A stretch of 64,000 bases of DNA from Alphaproteobacteria bacterium (lineage in GTDB: Bacteria > Pseudomonadota > Alphaproteobacteria > UBA828): positions 192,001 through 256,000 of the forward strand of contig CBDCQT010000011.1 in NCBI GenBank assembly GCA_965220745.1. The letters are read 5' to 3'. The notes under the pieces were generated by a model. That model made no database searches, was not told the DNA's origin, and saw only the letters and a program-made list of their open reading frames with translations. Positions 39,470-48,015 of this stretch are shown here, in pieces. A program made the position numbers and the translations under genes. Each line of letters opens with the position of its first letter. The first letter of the stretch is position 1.

Positions 39470-40345
39470 ATGGTTTTCTCTCGCGGACTCCTTGCGGTCT
39501 GTCTCGCGACCTGTGGCCTGGTCCTCGGGGGCGCTTCATATGCTGGTTCGGTGCCAGTTCCAGTCCTGGCGGAGGTCTCGGCCGGCCCCTTCATCGCGGG
39601 CTCCGACGCGACCGAGCGGGAATACGCCTACCAGCTCGACGAGGCAGCCTACGGCCACTCCCGAACGCGGGAACGCGGCTGGTACGATCGCGAGCGCCCG
39701 CGCGGAACCAAGTCACTGGACAGCTTTTTCATCACGCGCACGCTGATCACCAATGCCCAGTACGCGGCTTTCGTGGATGCCACGGGCCACCGCGTGCCCG
39801 ATGTCGATCCCGAGACCTGGCGCGGCTATCGGCTGATCCACCCCTACGAGCGCACCCGCCGCCACGCGTGGACGGAGGGAGTTCCGCCGCCTGGGCGCGA
39901 AAACCATCCCGTGGTCATGGTCTCGCACGACGACGCCAATGCCTACGCGGCCTGGCTCTCGGCCGAGACCGGGCGCACCTGGCGGCTCCCCACCGAGCTC
40001 GAATGGGAGAAGGCCGCACGCGGCACCGACGGCCGCATCTTCCCCTGGGGCGACACGTACGACCCGGCGCTGCTCAACAGCCACGATTCCGGCCCCTTCG
40101 ACACGCTTCCGGTCGGCAGCTTTCCCGCCGGTGCAAGCCCTTACGGCCTGCTGGATCCGGCAGGCATGGCCTTCGAGTGGACAGCCTCGCCCGGTAATCC
40201 GGGGCGCTTTCTGGTCAAGGGCGGATCATGGGACGACAGCGGCTGCGGCATCTGCCGCCCTGCGGCGCGGCACGGCCGGCCGGCGGACATCAAGCACATC
40301 CTCGTCGGCTTCCGCCTCGTCGTCGATCCGGGCGCGGGGGGTTAG
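39470..40345 (+). CDS. Exported SUMF1/FGE-sulfatase-fold protein
   Basis: Signal peptide, [49 protein letters not shown]. Confidence 0.9.
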   Translation: MVFSRGLLAVCLATCGLVLGGASYAGSVPVPVLAEVSAGPFIAGSDATEREYAYQLDEAAYGHSRTRERGWYDRERPRGTKSLDSFFITRTLITNAQYAAFVDATGHRVPDVDPETWRGYRLIHPYERTRRHAWTEGVPPPGRENHPVVMVSHDDANAYAAWLSAETGRTWRLPTELEWEKAARGTDGRIFPWGDTYDPALLNSHDSGPFDTLPVGSFPAGASPYGLLDPAGMAFEWTASPGNPGRFLVKGGSWDDSGCGICRPAARHGRPADIKHILVGFRLVVDPGAGG

Positions 40346-40427
40346 CCTCCTCGGTCTGGCAAGAGCAAGCCCGCGGCACTATCTTTTCCTGGCGGCACGG
40401 CCAGCGAACGGGCGACAGAGCGGCAGA

Positions 40428-41189
40428 ATGGCCCAGGCTTCAGCGGCGAAGAACGAGCGGCAGGAGGAGACTCGCCACCTCGACATGGCGACGCAGCCGG
40501 TGAAGCGGCTGCGCATGATGCTCGCCGCCGGCGAGGAGGTGCAGGAGGTCGAGCGGGTGCTCGGCAGGACCGGCGATAATGTGGTGAGCGAGCTACTGCG
40601 CGGGCGCGGGACGTTCTACGAGTGGGACCATTACCCGAAAGGGGACGTCTTCGACGGTCAGAGCCACTCCCAGTATTTCTACCACGCCCATCCCGGCGGC
40701 TTCCGGGACACGGAGCACGGGCATTTCCACACCTTCGTGCGCGCCAAGGGGATGCCGCGCGGCATGAAGCCCATGCGCCGCAAGAAGCGCGACAAGTGGC
40801 CCATGGGTGACAAAGCGCTCACCCACGTCATCGCCATCTCGATGGGGTCGAAGGGTCAGCCTCTCAGGCTTTTCACCACCAACCGCTGGGTCACCGGCGA
40901 GACCTGGTATCGCGCGGATGACGTGGCAAAGGTGATCGGCCGCTTTGTCATCGACCACGCCCGCCCGTCATGGCCGACCAACCGCTGGGTCGGCGCCATG
41001 GTCCGCCTCTTCTGGCCGCAGATCATCCTGCTAGTCAAGGCGCGTGATCAGGTGATCGAGAACTGGGCTGCCCAGAATCCGAAGCAGGATACCCTCGAAG
41101 ATCGCCGCCTCGAGGTCGTCTCGCAGGCCGACGTGGATATCGAGGCCCAGATCGCCGCAGTCAAGGCGGCCCTCGCCGAGAGAATCTGA
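40428..41189 (+). CDS. His-rich conserved hypothetical protein (possibly DUF6969 family)
   Basis: HYPKGDV, QYFYHAH, EHGHFHTF, THVIAI and FTTNRWVTGETWY motifs. Start uncertain (40428 or 40485). Confidence 0.72.
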   Translation: MAQASAAKNERQEETRHLDMATQPVKRLRMMLAAGEEVQEVERVLGRTGDNVVSELLRGRGTFYEWDHYPKGDVFDGQSHSQYFYHAHPGGFRDTEHGHFHTFVRAKGMPRGMKPMRRKKRDKWPMGDKALTHVIAISMGSKGQPLRLFTTNRWVTGETWYRADDVAKVIGRFVIDHARPSWPTNRWVGAMVRLFWPQIILLVKARDQVIENWAAQNPKQDTLEDRRLEVVSQADVDIEAQIAAVKAALAERI

Positions 41190-41231
41190 GGCGCAGCCGG
41201 CCCGCCGCTGTCACGGCTCCCGTACCGCAAT

Positions 41232-41259
41232 GAAGAACGCCGCCTCTCCCGAGGCGGCG
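41232..41259 (-). terminator. Intrinsic terminator of the small Cys-repeat gene
   Basis: 9-bp stem CGCCGCCTC/GAGGCGGCG with a 4-nt loop, followed by TTCTTC on the minus strand. Confidence 0.65.
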
Positions 41260-41290
41260 CCCTTGGATACCGTTGTCGTTACTCTTGAGC

Positions 41291-41683
41291 TTACTCGGCA
41301 GCACACGGATCGCACGGGTTGCAGGCCGCGCACGGGTCGCACGGATTGCAAGCCTCGCAAGGATTGCAGGCATCCGCGACGATGATGCGCTCGTCCAAGG
41401 AAGATTCGCACGGATTGCAACCGCCGCATGGGTTGCAAGCCTCGCACGGATTGCAGGCCTCGCAAGGGTTGCAGGCATCCGCGACGACGACGCCCTCGTC
41501 CAGGGAAGATTCGCATGGGTTGCAAGCCTCGCACGGGTTACAGGCCCCGCACGGGTTGCACGGATCCTCGTGCGAGTCCGCGACGACGGTCGGCTGCTCC
41601 CCTGCGGACACGGCCGACGGCGCAAGGGCGGCGCCGGCCGCCATGGTAACGATGCTCACGGCGACCACTGTTTCCTTGATCAT
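41291..41683 (-). CDS. Small secreted Cys-rich repeat protein (130 aa, 22 Cys, three CNPC cassettes)
   Basis: C-terminal part of track ORF 41291..42748. AGGAGGAG RBS before ATG 41683, signal peptide [27 protein letters not shown], downstream terminator. Confidence 0.85.
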   Translation of the reverse strand: MIKETVVAVSIVTMAAGAALAPSAVSAGEQPTVVADSHEDPCNPCGACNPCEACNPCESSLDEGVVVADACNPCEACNPCEACNPCGGCNPCESSLDERIIVADACNPCEACNPCDPCAACNPCDPCAAE

Positions 41684-41854
41684 TTTCGTAGTCTCCTCCT
41701 CGCAGACGCGAAATTTGATTGGTTTGAATTGGGGCTTCGCGCCGCCTCGGCGGGTTGTCGAACCATACGAAGCCCACGCCATTGTGGTGTATATCGGCGG
41801 CGAGCAAAAGTGCTTTCGTTTCGATGACGGGAATGTGAGCGACGGGGACGGCCG

Positions 41855-42631
41855 ATGCCGGTCGCGAGCAGCGAAGATTACGCGAGGCTGGCTGCCACCG
41901 CGCGGCAATTGGCGCTGGAGGCCGGGCGGACGATCATGGTCTTCTACCGCAAAGGCACGCTGGTCGAGACCAAGGCCGATTCCACACCCGTGACCGAGGC
42001 GGACCGCGCCGCAGACGGTCTCATCGTCACGGGCTTGCAGGCCGCGACCCCCGACATCCATGTGATTTCCGAGGAGAGCACAAGCGCAGGCACGCCACCC
42101 GCCAGCGGGCGCTTCTGGCTCGTGGATCCACTGGACGGCACCCGAGAGTTCATCGCACGCACCGGCGAGTTCACGGTCAATATCGCCTTGATCGAGGATG
42201 GCCGTCCGGTGCTCGGCGTGCTGCACGCCCCGGTCCAGGGCGAGACCTATGTCGCCGACGGACTGGGGCAGGCGGTGCGTATCGTGGGCGACGGTCGGCC
42301 GCAGGCGATCCGGGCGCGTCCGGTGCCTGCCAGAGGCCCTGCGGTCATCGCCAGCCGCCTGCACCGTGACGCCGAGACCGATGCATACATCGCGGGCCTC
42401 GGGCCTGCGCAGACTGTGAGCGCGGGGAGCGCCCTCAAGTTCGGCCTTCTGGCGCGGGGTGAAGCCGACATATACCCCCGCTTCGGCCGCACCATGGAGT
42501 GGGACACCGCCGCCGGCCACGCAATCCTCTCCGCCGCAGGCGGCCATGTCCGCGACCTGAACGGTCGCGAGCTGAGCTATGGCAAGGCGGGGTTCGTGAA
42601 TCCGCCCTTCGTTGCCTGCGGCATGGACTAG
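41855..42631 (+). CDS. cysQ: 3'(2'),5'-bisphosphate nucleotidase
   Basis: [52 protein letters not shown]. Confidence 0.92.
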   Translation: MPVASSEDYARLAATARQLALEAGRTIMVFYRKGTLVETKADSTPVTEADRAADGLIVTGLQAATPDIHVISEESTSAGTPPASGRFWLVDPLDGTREFIARTGEFTVNIALIEDGRPVLGVLHAPVQGETYVADGLGQAVRIVGDGRPQAIRARPVPARGPAVIASRLHRDAETDAYIAGLGPAQTVSAGSALKFGLLARGEADIYPRFGRTMEWDTAAGHAILSAAGGHVRDLNGRELSYGKAGFVNPPFVACGMD

Positions 42632-42635
42632 GGAC

Positions 42636-43295
42636 GTGTCGCCCGACGCCACAACCGGTCCTCCGTGCCTCGCACCGACCCCCGATGTCATCGCGCAGGC
42701 CGCGCGGGCGATTCGCGACGGCGGGCTCGTCGGGCTGCCCACCGACACGGTCTACGGCCTCGCCGCCGACGCGACCTCCGATGCGGCCGTGGAGGGCGTC
42801 TTTCGCGCCAAGGGCAGGCCGGCCGACAAGCCGCTCATCGCCCTCATCGCCACGATGGCGATGGCGAAGACCTGCGCCGACTTCACCGCGCCGGCCCTGG
42901 CGCTTGCGGAGGAGTTCTGGCCCGGCCCCTTGACCCTGGTGCTGCCGCGTGGCCCAGCCTCGCCCCTCTCGCCGCTGGTTCACCAGCGCGCACCGGGCAT
43001 CTCGCTCCGCATTCCTGGCAACGAGACCGCGCGTGCCGTCGTTGAGGCCGCGGAGCGGCCGTTGACGGCGCCGAGCGCCAATCCCTCGGGCGCACCGAGC
43101 CCGCTCACCGCCGCCGAGGTCGCGGCCGGCCTCGGAACCGCGGTCGCGCTGGTGATCGACGGCGGCCGTGCCGCCGACAGCCTCGGCTCGACGCTACTCG
43201 ACCTCACCGGGGACATCCCGCGTCTGCTCCGCGCAGGCGTCGTGAGTGCCCCGGCAATCGAGAGCGTGATTGGCCCTATCGTTCGCGCGGACTGA
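42636..43295 (+). CDS. tsaC: L-threonylcarbamoyladenylate synthase (TsaC/Sua5 catalytic domain)
   Basis: [28 protein letters not shown]. Confidence 0.88.
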   Translation: MSPDATTGPPCLAPTPDVIAQAARAIRDGGLVGLPTDTVYGLAADATSDAAVEGVFRAKGRPADKPLIALIATMAMAKTCADFTAPALALAEEFWPGPLTLVLPRGPASPLSPLVHQRAPGISLRIPGNETARAVVEAAERPLTAPSANPSGAPSPLTAAEVAAGLGTAVALVIDGGRAADSLGSTLLDLTGDIPRLLRAGVVSAPAIESVIGPIVRAD

Positions 43296-44181
43296 GAAAC
43301 TGCGTTAGGCCGACGGTGCCGCTGCCCCTGCGCGCGGGCTGCTGTTGAGAATCGTGCGGGCGCCAGCCTGTAAGATAGAGCACCTGGAAGGTGGCCGGGA
43401 TACGCCCGTCGCCGCTACCGAACATCTCCTGGTAACCGTCTGCGGCGACACGGAAAGTAGCCCGCCGGGCAAAGTGCCGCGCCCGCCCGCGAGCGGCGTT
43501 GGCCTCGCCCATGGCGCGGAGATCGTGCATCAGCGCGTCGGCGCTCTCGTAGGTGACCGTGATCCGGTCGCTGTCCACCACTGGCAGCGCAAAACCGGTC
43601 CGCTGCAGTAGGGCGCCGAGGGTCTGAACGTCCGGGAAAGGCGAAACATGGGGCCGCGCGCCCCCTTCTTGCCCCGCTTCCGCTTGCAGGAACGCCTCGC
43701 GCAGTTCAAACAAGGTTTCGCCGCCCAGCATCGCCGCCAGCAGCAGGCCGTCCGGCCTGAGCGCCTGTCTGATCTGGACCAGCGCACCTGGCAGGTCGTT
43801 CACCCAATGCAGGCTGAGCGCGCTCACCACGAGATCGAGCGAGTCCGCGCGGATCGGCAGCCACTCCTCGTCGGCGACGAGGCGCGCGGGTCCCGCAGCG
43901 CACGCCACCATGGCCGGCGAGAAGTCCGCCTCGATGAGCAAGTCGGGCGCGGCATGCCGATGCAGCATCGGCCCCAGTTGCCCGCCGTGGCAGCCGAGGT
44001 CGAGTACGCGGGGGAAGCGGCGCTTGACGTCTTCGAGCCGACCCACCAGCCGCTCGCCCACCTCGCGAACCAGGAAGTCGCCGCGCCCCGCGAAGCCGGC
44101 GGCGGCGCGGTCGCGGTGGGCGCGCACGGCGGCACGGTCGAAGACCGCGGCGCCGTCGGGCTGAGCCGCGCGCTGGGTCAT
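43276..44181 (-). CDS. SAM-dependent methyltransferase (BioC/NDUFAF5-like)
   Basis: VFDRAAVR, LDLGC, LHWVNDLPG, GFALPVVD, DLRAMGE, ATFQV. Divergent from comF. Confidence 0.88.
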   Translation of the reverse strand: MTQRAAQPDGAAVFDRAAVRAHRDRAAAGFAGRGDFLVREVGERLVGRLEDVKRRFPRVLDLGCHGGQLGPMLHRHAAPDLLIEADFSPAMVACAAGPARLVADEEWLPIRADSLDLVVSALSLHWVNDLPGALVQIRQALRPDGLLLAAMLGGETLFELREAFLQAEAGQEGGARPHVSPFPDVQTLGALLQRTGFALPVVDSDRITVTYESADALMHDLRAMGEANAARGRARHFARRATFRVAADGYQEMFGSGDGRIPATFQVLYLTGWRPHDSQQQPARRGSGTVGLTQFLSPRER

Positions 44182-44238
44182 GCCGCCGGTTATGGCATGA
44201 TGAACAGAAGGCGGGAAGCGCGGACGGGAGTCGGGATA

Positions 44239-45006
44239 ATGCTGAGCGGCGCGTACGGGGGGCCATTGACGGCGCTGGCGCGGGTGGCCGCGACGAGCGC
44301 GGTCGACATGGTGCTGCCGCCTTCGTGCCTCGCCTGCCATGCCCCGGTCAGCGAGGCCGGCGGGCTCTGCCCCGACTGCTGGAACCGCATCAGCTTCATC
44401 GGCCGGCCCTGCTGCGCGCGCTGCGGCCTGCCGTTCACGATCGAGGCGGCCCAGGACGCTATCTGCGGCGACTGCGCCCGGGTGCCGCCCGTCTTCGACC
44501 GGGCACGCGCTGCTTTCCTTTACGAAGGTGCCGGGCGCGAGCTGATTCTCGCCTTCAAGATGGCCGATCGCTCGTGGCTCGCGCCCAGGCTGGCCACGTG
44601 GCTGCAGCGCGCGGCCGCGCCGCTGCTGCCTGAGGCGGACGTGGTGGTGCCGGTGCCGCTCCATCGCTGGCGGCTGCTGGCGCGGCGATTCAACCAGGCG
44701 GCGGTGCTCGCCCGGCTCATGGCGCGCGAGGCGGGTGTTGCGATGGTCCCGGACCTCCTGGTGCGGACCCGGCGGACGGCGACGCAGACCCGGCTCTCGC
44801 GCGTCGAGCGGCGGCGCAACGTGCGGGGCGCGTTCGCGGTACGGCACGCGCGCGCGCCGCTGGTCGTCGGGCGCAACGTCCTCTTGGTGGACGACGTCAT
44901 GACCACCGGCGCCACCGTCGCGGCCTGCGCCCGCGCGCTGCGCAAGGCGGGCGCCGCGCGGGTCGATGTGACCACTCTTGCGCGCGCCTTGCCGAGCCGT
45001 CCATGA
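44239..45006 (+). CDS. comF: ComF family protein
   Basis: N-terminal CxxC zinc ribbons, VPVPLH, RRFNQA, LLVDDVMTTGAT. Confidence 0.88.
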   Translation: MLSGAYGGPLTALARVAATSAVDMVLPPSCLACHAPVSEAGGLCPDCWNRISFIGRPCCARCGLPFTIEAAQDAICGDCARVPPVFDRARAAFLYEGAGRELILAFKMADRSWLAPRLATWLQRAAAPLLPEADVVVPVPLHRWRLLARRFNQAAVLARLMAREAGVAMVPDLLVRTRRTATQTRLSRVERRRNVRGAFAVRHARAPLVVGRNVLLVDDVMTTGATVAACARALRKAGAARVDVTTLARALPSRP

Positions 45007-45037
45007 TGCCGGCCTGCACCGAGCATTGGGGGATACC

Positions 45038-45898
45038 ATGACCGAAACCCTTCGGGTCGCCTGCGTTCAGCCCTCCAGCGGCCAGGACATGCAGACCAAC
45101 CTCGATGCGGCCGGCGCCCTTGTACGCGAGGCCCGCGCCGCCGGCGCGGAGCTGATCGCGCTGCCCGAAAATGTCGCCCTGATGGACCACCGGACGGAGC
45201 TGGTGCAGGCCAACGCCCGCCCGCTCGACGCCCATCCGGCGGCGCAGTTCTTCAGCGCGCTCGCGGAGGAGCTGGACGTTTGGCTGCTCGCTGGCTCGAT
45301 GGGGGCGGACGCTGGCGACGGCCGCATCGCCAACCGCTCCGTCCTGATCGACCCCTCGGGCCGGATCGTTGCCACCTACGACAAGATTCACATGTTCGAC
45401 GTGGATCTGCCCAACGGCGAGGTCTACCGCGAGAGCGACGCCTTCCGCCCCGGCGGACAGGCGGTGGTGGCGGAGACCCCCTGGGGCGGCCTCGGCATGA
45501 CCGTCTGCTACGACCTGCGCTTTCCCCAGCTTTACCGGGCGCTGGCCCATGCCGGGGTGCGGCTCATCACCGTGCCCGCAGCGTTCACCAAGCATACGGG
45601 CGAAGCGCATTGGCACGTTCTAATGCGGGCGCGCGCCATCGAGAGCGGCTGCTTCGTGATCGCGCCCTGCATGTGGGGCAGCCACTCCGGCGACCGCCAG
45701 ACCTACGGCCACTCGCTGATCGTCGATCCCTGGGGTGAGGTGCTGGCCGATGCCGGCGAGGGCGTCGGCATTATCACGGCCGATCTTGAGCTTGCGCGCG
45801 TGGAGCAGGTGCGCGCCGCAATCCCGGCGCTGGCGCACGACCGCGCCTTCTCGCCGCCGGCCGGTTCGGAACAGGAGCTCCGCCGCGCCGCCGGCTGA
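45038..45898 (+). CDS. Carbon-nitrogen hydrolase (Nit1 / deaminated glutathione amidase-like)
   Basis: LPEN, YDKIHMFDV, VCYDLRFP, HWHVLMRARAIE, YGHSLIVDPWG. Confidence 0.9.
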   Translation: MTETLRVACVQPSSGQDMQTNLDAAGALVREARAAGAELIALPENVALMDHRTELVQANARPLDAHPAAQFFSALAEELDVWLLAGSMGADAGDGRIANRSVLIDPSGRIVATYDKIHMFDVDLPNGEVYRESDAFRPGGQAVVAETPWGGLGMTVCYDLRFPQLYRALAHAGVRLITVPAAFTKHTGEAHWHVLMRARAIESGCFVIAPCMWGSHSGDRQTYGHSLIVDPWGEVLADAGEGVGIITADLELARVEQVRAAIPALAHDRAFSPPAGSEQELRRAAG

Positions 45899-45958
45899 AA
45901 TTGTACGTTTCCCTCAACGGCGGGCGCGCGCTCCGGACCGCTTCACGGTCCGGCCCTG

Positions 45959-46498
45959 CTACGTTGCGGGCTTTATGGGCTTCCGGGCGCAAAGGTGCTG
46001 AACGATCTTGGGATTGGGCGGTGGGACTGCGCGGTGCTCGTAGGCGACGACCGTGAGACGGCCTGCGGCGAGCGCCAGCAGCTCGCCGCGCTGCAGCAGG
46101 TAGTCCGGGTTGCGCGGGCGGCCGAAGCGTTCGTTGCCGACGGCGAAGGTCTCGTAAAGGAAGACGCCGCCCGGCAGGAAGCAATCCACGAGCGGCACCA
46201 GCAGCGGGCGGAACAAATAGTCCGTCACCACCACGGCATCGAACCGGCGCCCGGCCAGCGGCGCGGCGCCGGGGCGCTCCAAGTCCGTCTCGACGATCTC
46301 GACCAGGGGGTCGTCCTCGAGATCGGCGAGGCCCGAGGTGTCGATGTCGATGGCCGTGACTCGCAAGCCGCGCTCGCGCAGATAGCGGGTGTGCCGGCCG
46401 CCGCCGCAGGCGAGATCGAGCACGTGGCCGCCTTCGGCGATCAGGCCAGCATGGCGGGCGATCCAGGGGGAGGGGACGCGCGAGCGGTGGCTGTGCAT
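45959..46498 (-). CDS. Class I SAM-dependent methyltransferase
   Basis: PSPWI, VLDLACGGGRH, YETFAVGNERFGRPRNPDYLL. Confidence 0.85.
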   Translation of the reverse strand: MHSHRSRVPSPWIARHAGLIAEGGHVLDLACGGGRHTRYLRERGLRVTAIDIDTSGLADLEDDPLVEIVETDLERPGAAPLAGRRFDAVVVTDYLFRPLLVPLVDCFLPGGVFLYETFAVGNERFGRPRNPDYLLQRGELLALAAGRLTVVAYEHRAVPPPNPKIVQHLCARKPIKPAT

Positions 46499-46593
46499 GG
46501 CGGTATCGGCCGCAGGGCCAATTGGATTTTCGTGTGGATTCGGGCTTTTATGGTACGTTGCAGTGACCGTGGCAGCGAGCCGGGCGCACCCAC

Positions 46594-47049
46594 ATGATCG
46601 TGTTCGACCTCAAGTGCGGCAAGGACCACGTGTTCGAGGGCTACTTTGCCGACTCCGCGACCTACGAGCAGCAGGCGGAGGCGGGCGAGATCGCGTGCCC
46701 CTATTGCGGCGACGTCGAGATCGCCAAGGCGCCGATGGCCCCCAACATCGCGGTCAACAACAGGGCGCGGGGCGAACCCGAGCCAGCGCCGGCGCCGGCG
46801 CCCGAGCGCAAGCCGACGCCGCCGGAGATGGCCCGCGCGATCGGGACGCTGCGGCGCATGCGCTCCTACATCGAGCAGAACTTCGATCATGTGGGCGAGC
46901 GCTTCCCCGAGGAAGCGCGCAAGATCCACTACGGCGAGGTCGAGCGCCGCAGCATCTACGGCGACGCCACCAAGGAGGAGGTCGGCGAGCTCGCCGACGA
47001 GGGGATCGAGGTCGGCGAGGTCCCCTGGGTCCCCCGCCACGACGCTTAG
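46594..47049 (+). CDS. DUF1178 family protein
   Basis: MIVFDLKC...HVFEGYF...CPYCG...KAPMAP and VGERFPEEARKIHYGE...IYG. Confidence 0.9.
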   Translation: MIVFDLKCGKDHVFEGYFADSATYEQQAEAGEIACPYCGDVEIAKAPMAPNIAVNNRARGEPEPAPAPAPERKPTPPEMARAIGTLRRMRSYIEQNFDHVGERFPEEARKIHYGEVERRSIYGDATKEEVGELADEGIEVGEVPWVPRHDA

Positions 47050-47083
47050 TTCACGGGCATCCTGACGCCGGTTTTACCCGCGC

Positions 47084-47899
47084 TCAGGCGCCGGGCTTCC
47101 TGGCGTGGACGATGTAGTTCACCGAAAGATTGGGGCTTGTGGTCCAGCCGCCGGCGAGCGGGTTGTAGACCATGCCCCGCATGTCGACGACGGTGAGGCC
47201 CTGGCGGCGCAGCAGGCGCACCATCTCGGCCGGGCGGACGAAGCGCGACCAGTCGTGCGTGCCGGCCGGTAGCCAGCCCAGAATCCGCTCGCCCGCCACG
47301 ATGGCGAGCGCGTAGGCCGCAAGCGTGCGGTTGAGCGTCGCCACGACGAACGTCCCGCCGGGCCGGACCAGGCTCGTGCAGGCGTCGGCGAAGGCGTCGA
47401 GATCGGCCACGTGCTCGACGATCTCAAGCGCCAGCACGGCGTCGAACTGCTCGCCGTCCGCCGCCAGCGCCTCCGCCGTGGCGTGGCGGTAGTCGATGGC
47501 GAGCCCCTGTTCCTCGGCGTGATGGCGGGCGGCGCGGACGTTGGCCTCCGCCGCATCGATGGCGACCACGTCTGCGCCGAGCCGGCACATGGGCTCGGCC
47601 ATCAGGCCGCCGCCGCAGCCGACATCGAGGAGTCTCAAGCCCGTCAGAGGCTTGAGCGCGGCGGGCTCTCTCCCCGCCAACAGCGCATCCCGCACGTAGG
47701 CGATGCGCACCGGGTTCAGCGCGTGGAGCGCACGAAAGGCGCCGTGGCGGTCCCACCAGCGCTCGGCGAGCGCGGCGAAGCGCTCGATCTCCTCGGGATC
47801 GACGCTGGGGTCGGTCGCGGGCTCGGCCGCCGCGGCATGGGGCGCCTCAGCCCCCTTTGAGGCCTCCTGCGACTCCCGACCTCGCCGGTTCCCGGCCAT
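47084..47899 (-). CDS. ubiG: Ubiquinone biosynthesis O-methyltransferase
   Basis: VDPEEIERF, WWD, LHALNPVR, LDVGCGGG, LEIVEHV, GTHDW. Start uncertain. Confidence 0.92.
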   Translation of the reverse strand: MAGNRRGRESQEASKGAEAPHAAAAEPATDPSVDPEEIERFAALAERWWDRHGAFRALHALNPVRIAYVRDALLAGREPAALKPLTGLRLLDVGCGGGLMAEPMCRLGADVVAIDAAEANVRAARHHAEEQGLAIDYRHATAEALAADGEQFDAVLALEIVEHVADLDAFADACTSLVRPGGTFVVATLNRTLAAYALAIVAGERILGWLPAGTHDWSRFVRPAEMVRLLRRQGLTVVDMRGMVYNPLAGGWTTSPNLSVNYIVHARKPGA

Positions 47900-48015
47900 C
47901 GCCGTCTTTCCTTTCCGCCAGGCCATCCGCTTGCGCGGCCAAAGCCGAGCCAGTATGTAGGGCCGTCTCCACGACCGGCAAGCGTCGCCTCACCGACGCA
48001 GACGCGGCCCACCCG

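Noticed and set aside
41684-42748. N-terminal 355 aa of track ORF 41291..42748
   Set aside because: It is antisense to cysQ and tsaC. The real gene starts at ATG 41683 after AGGAGGAG.
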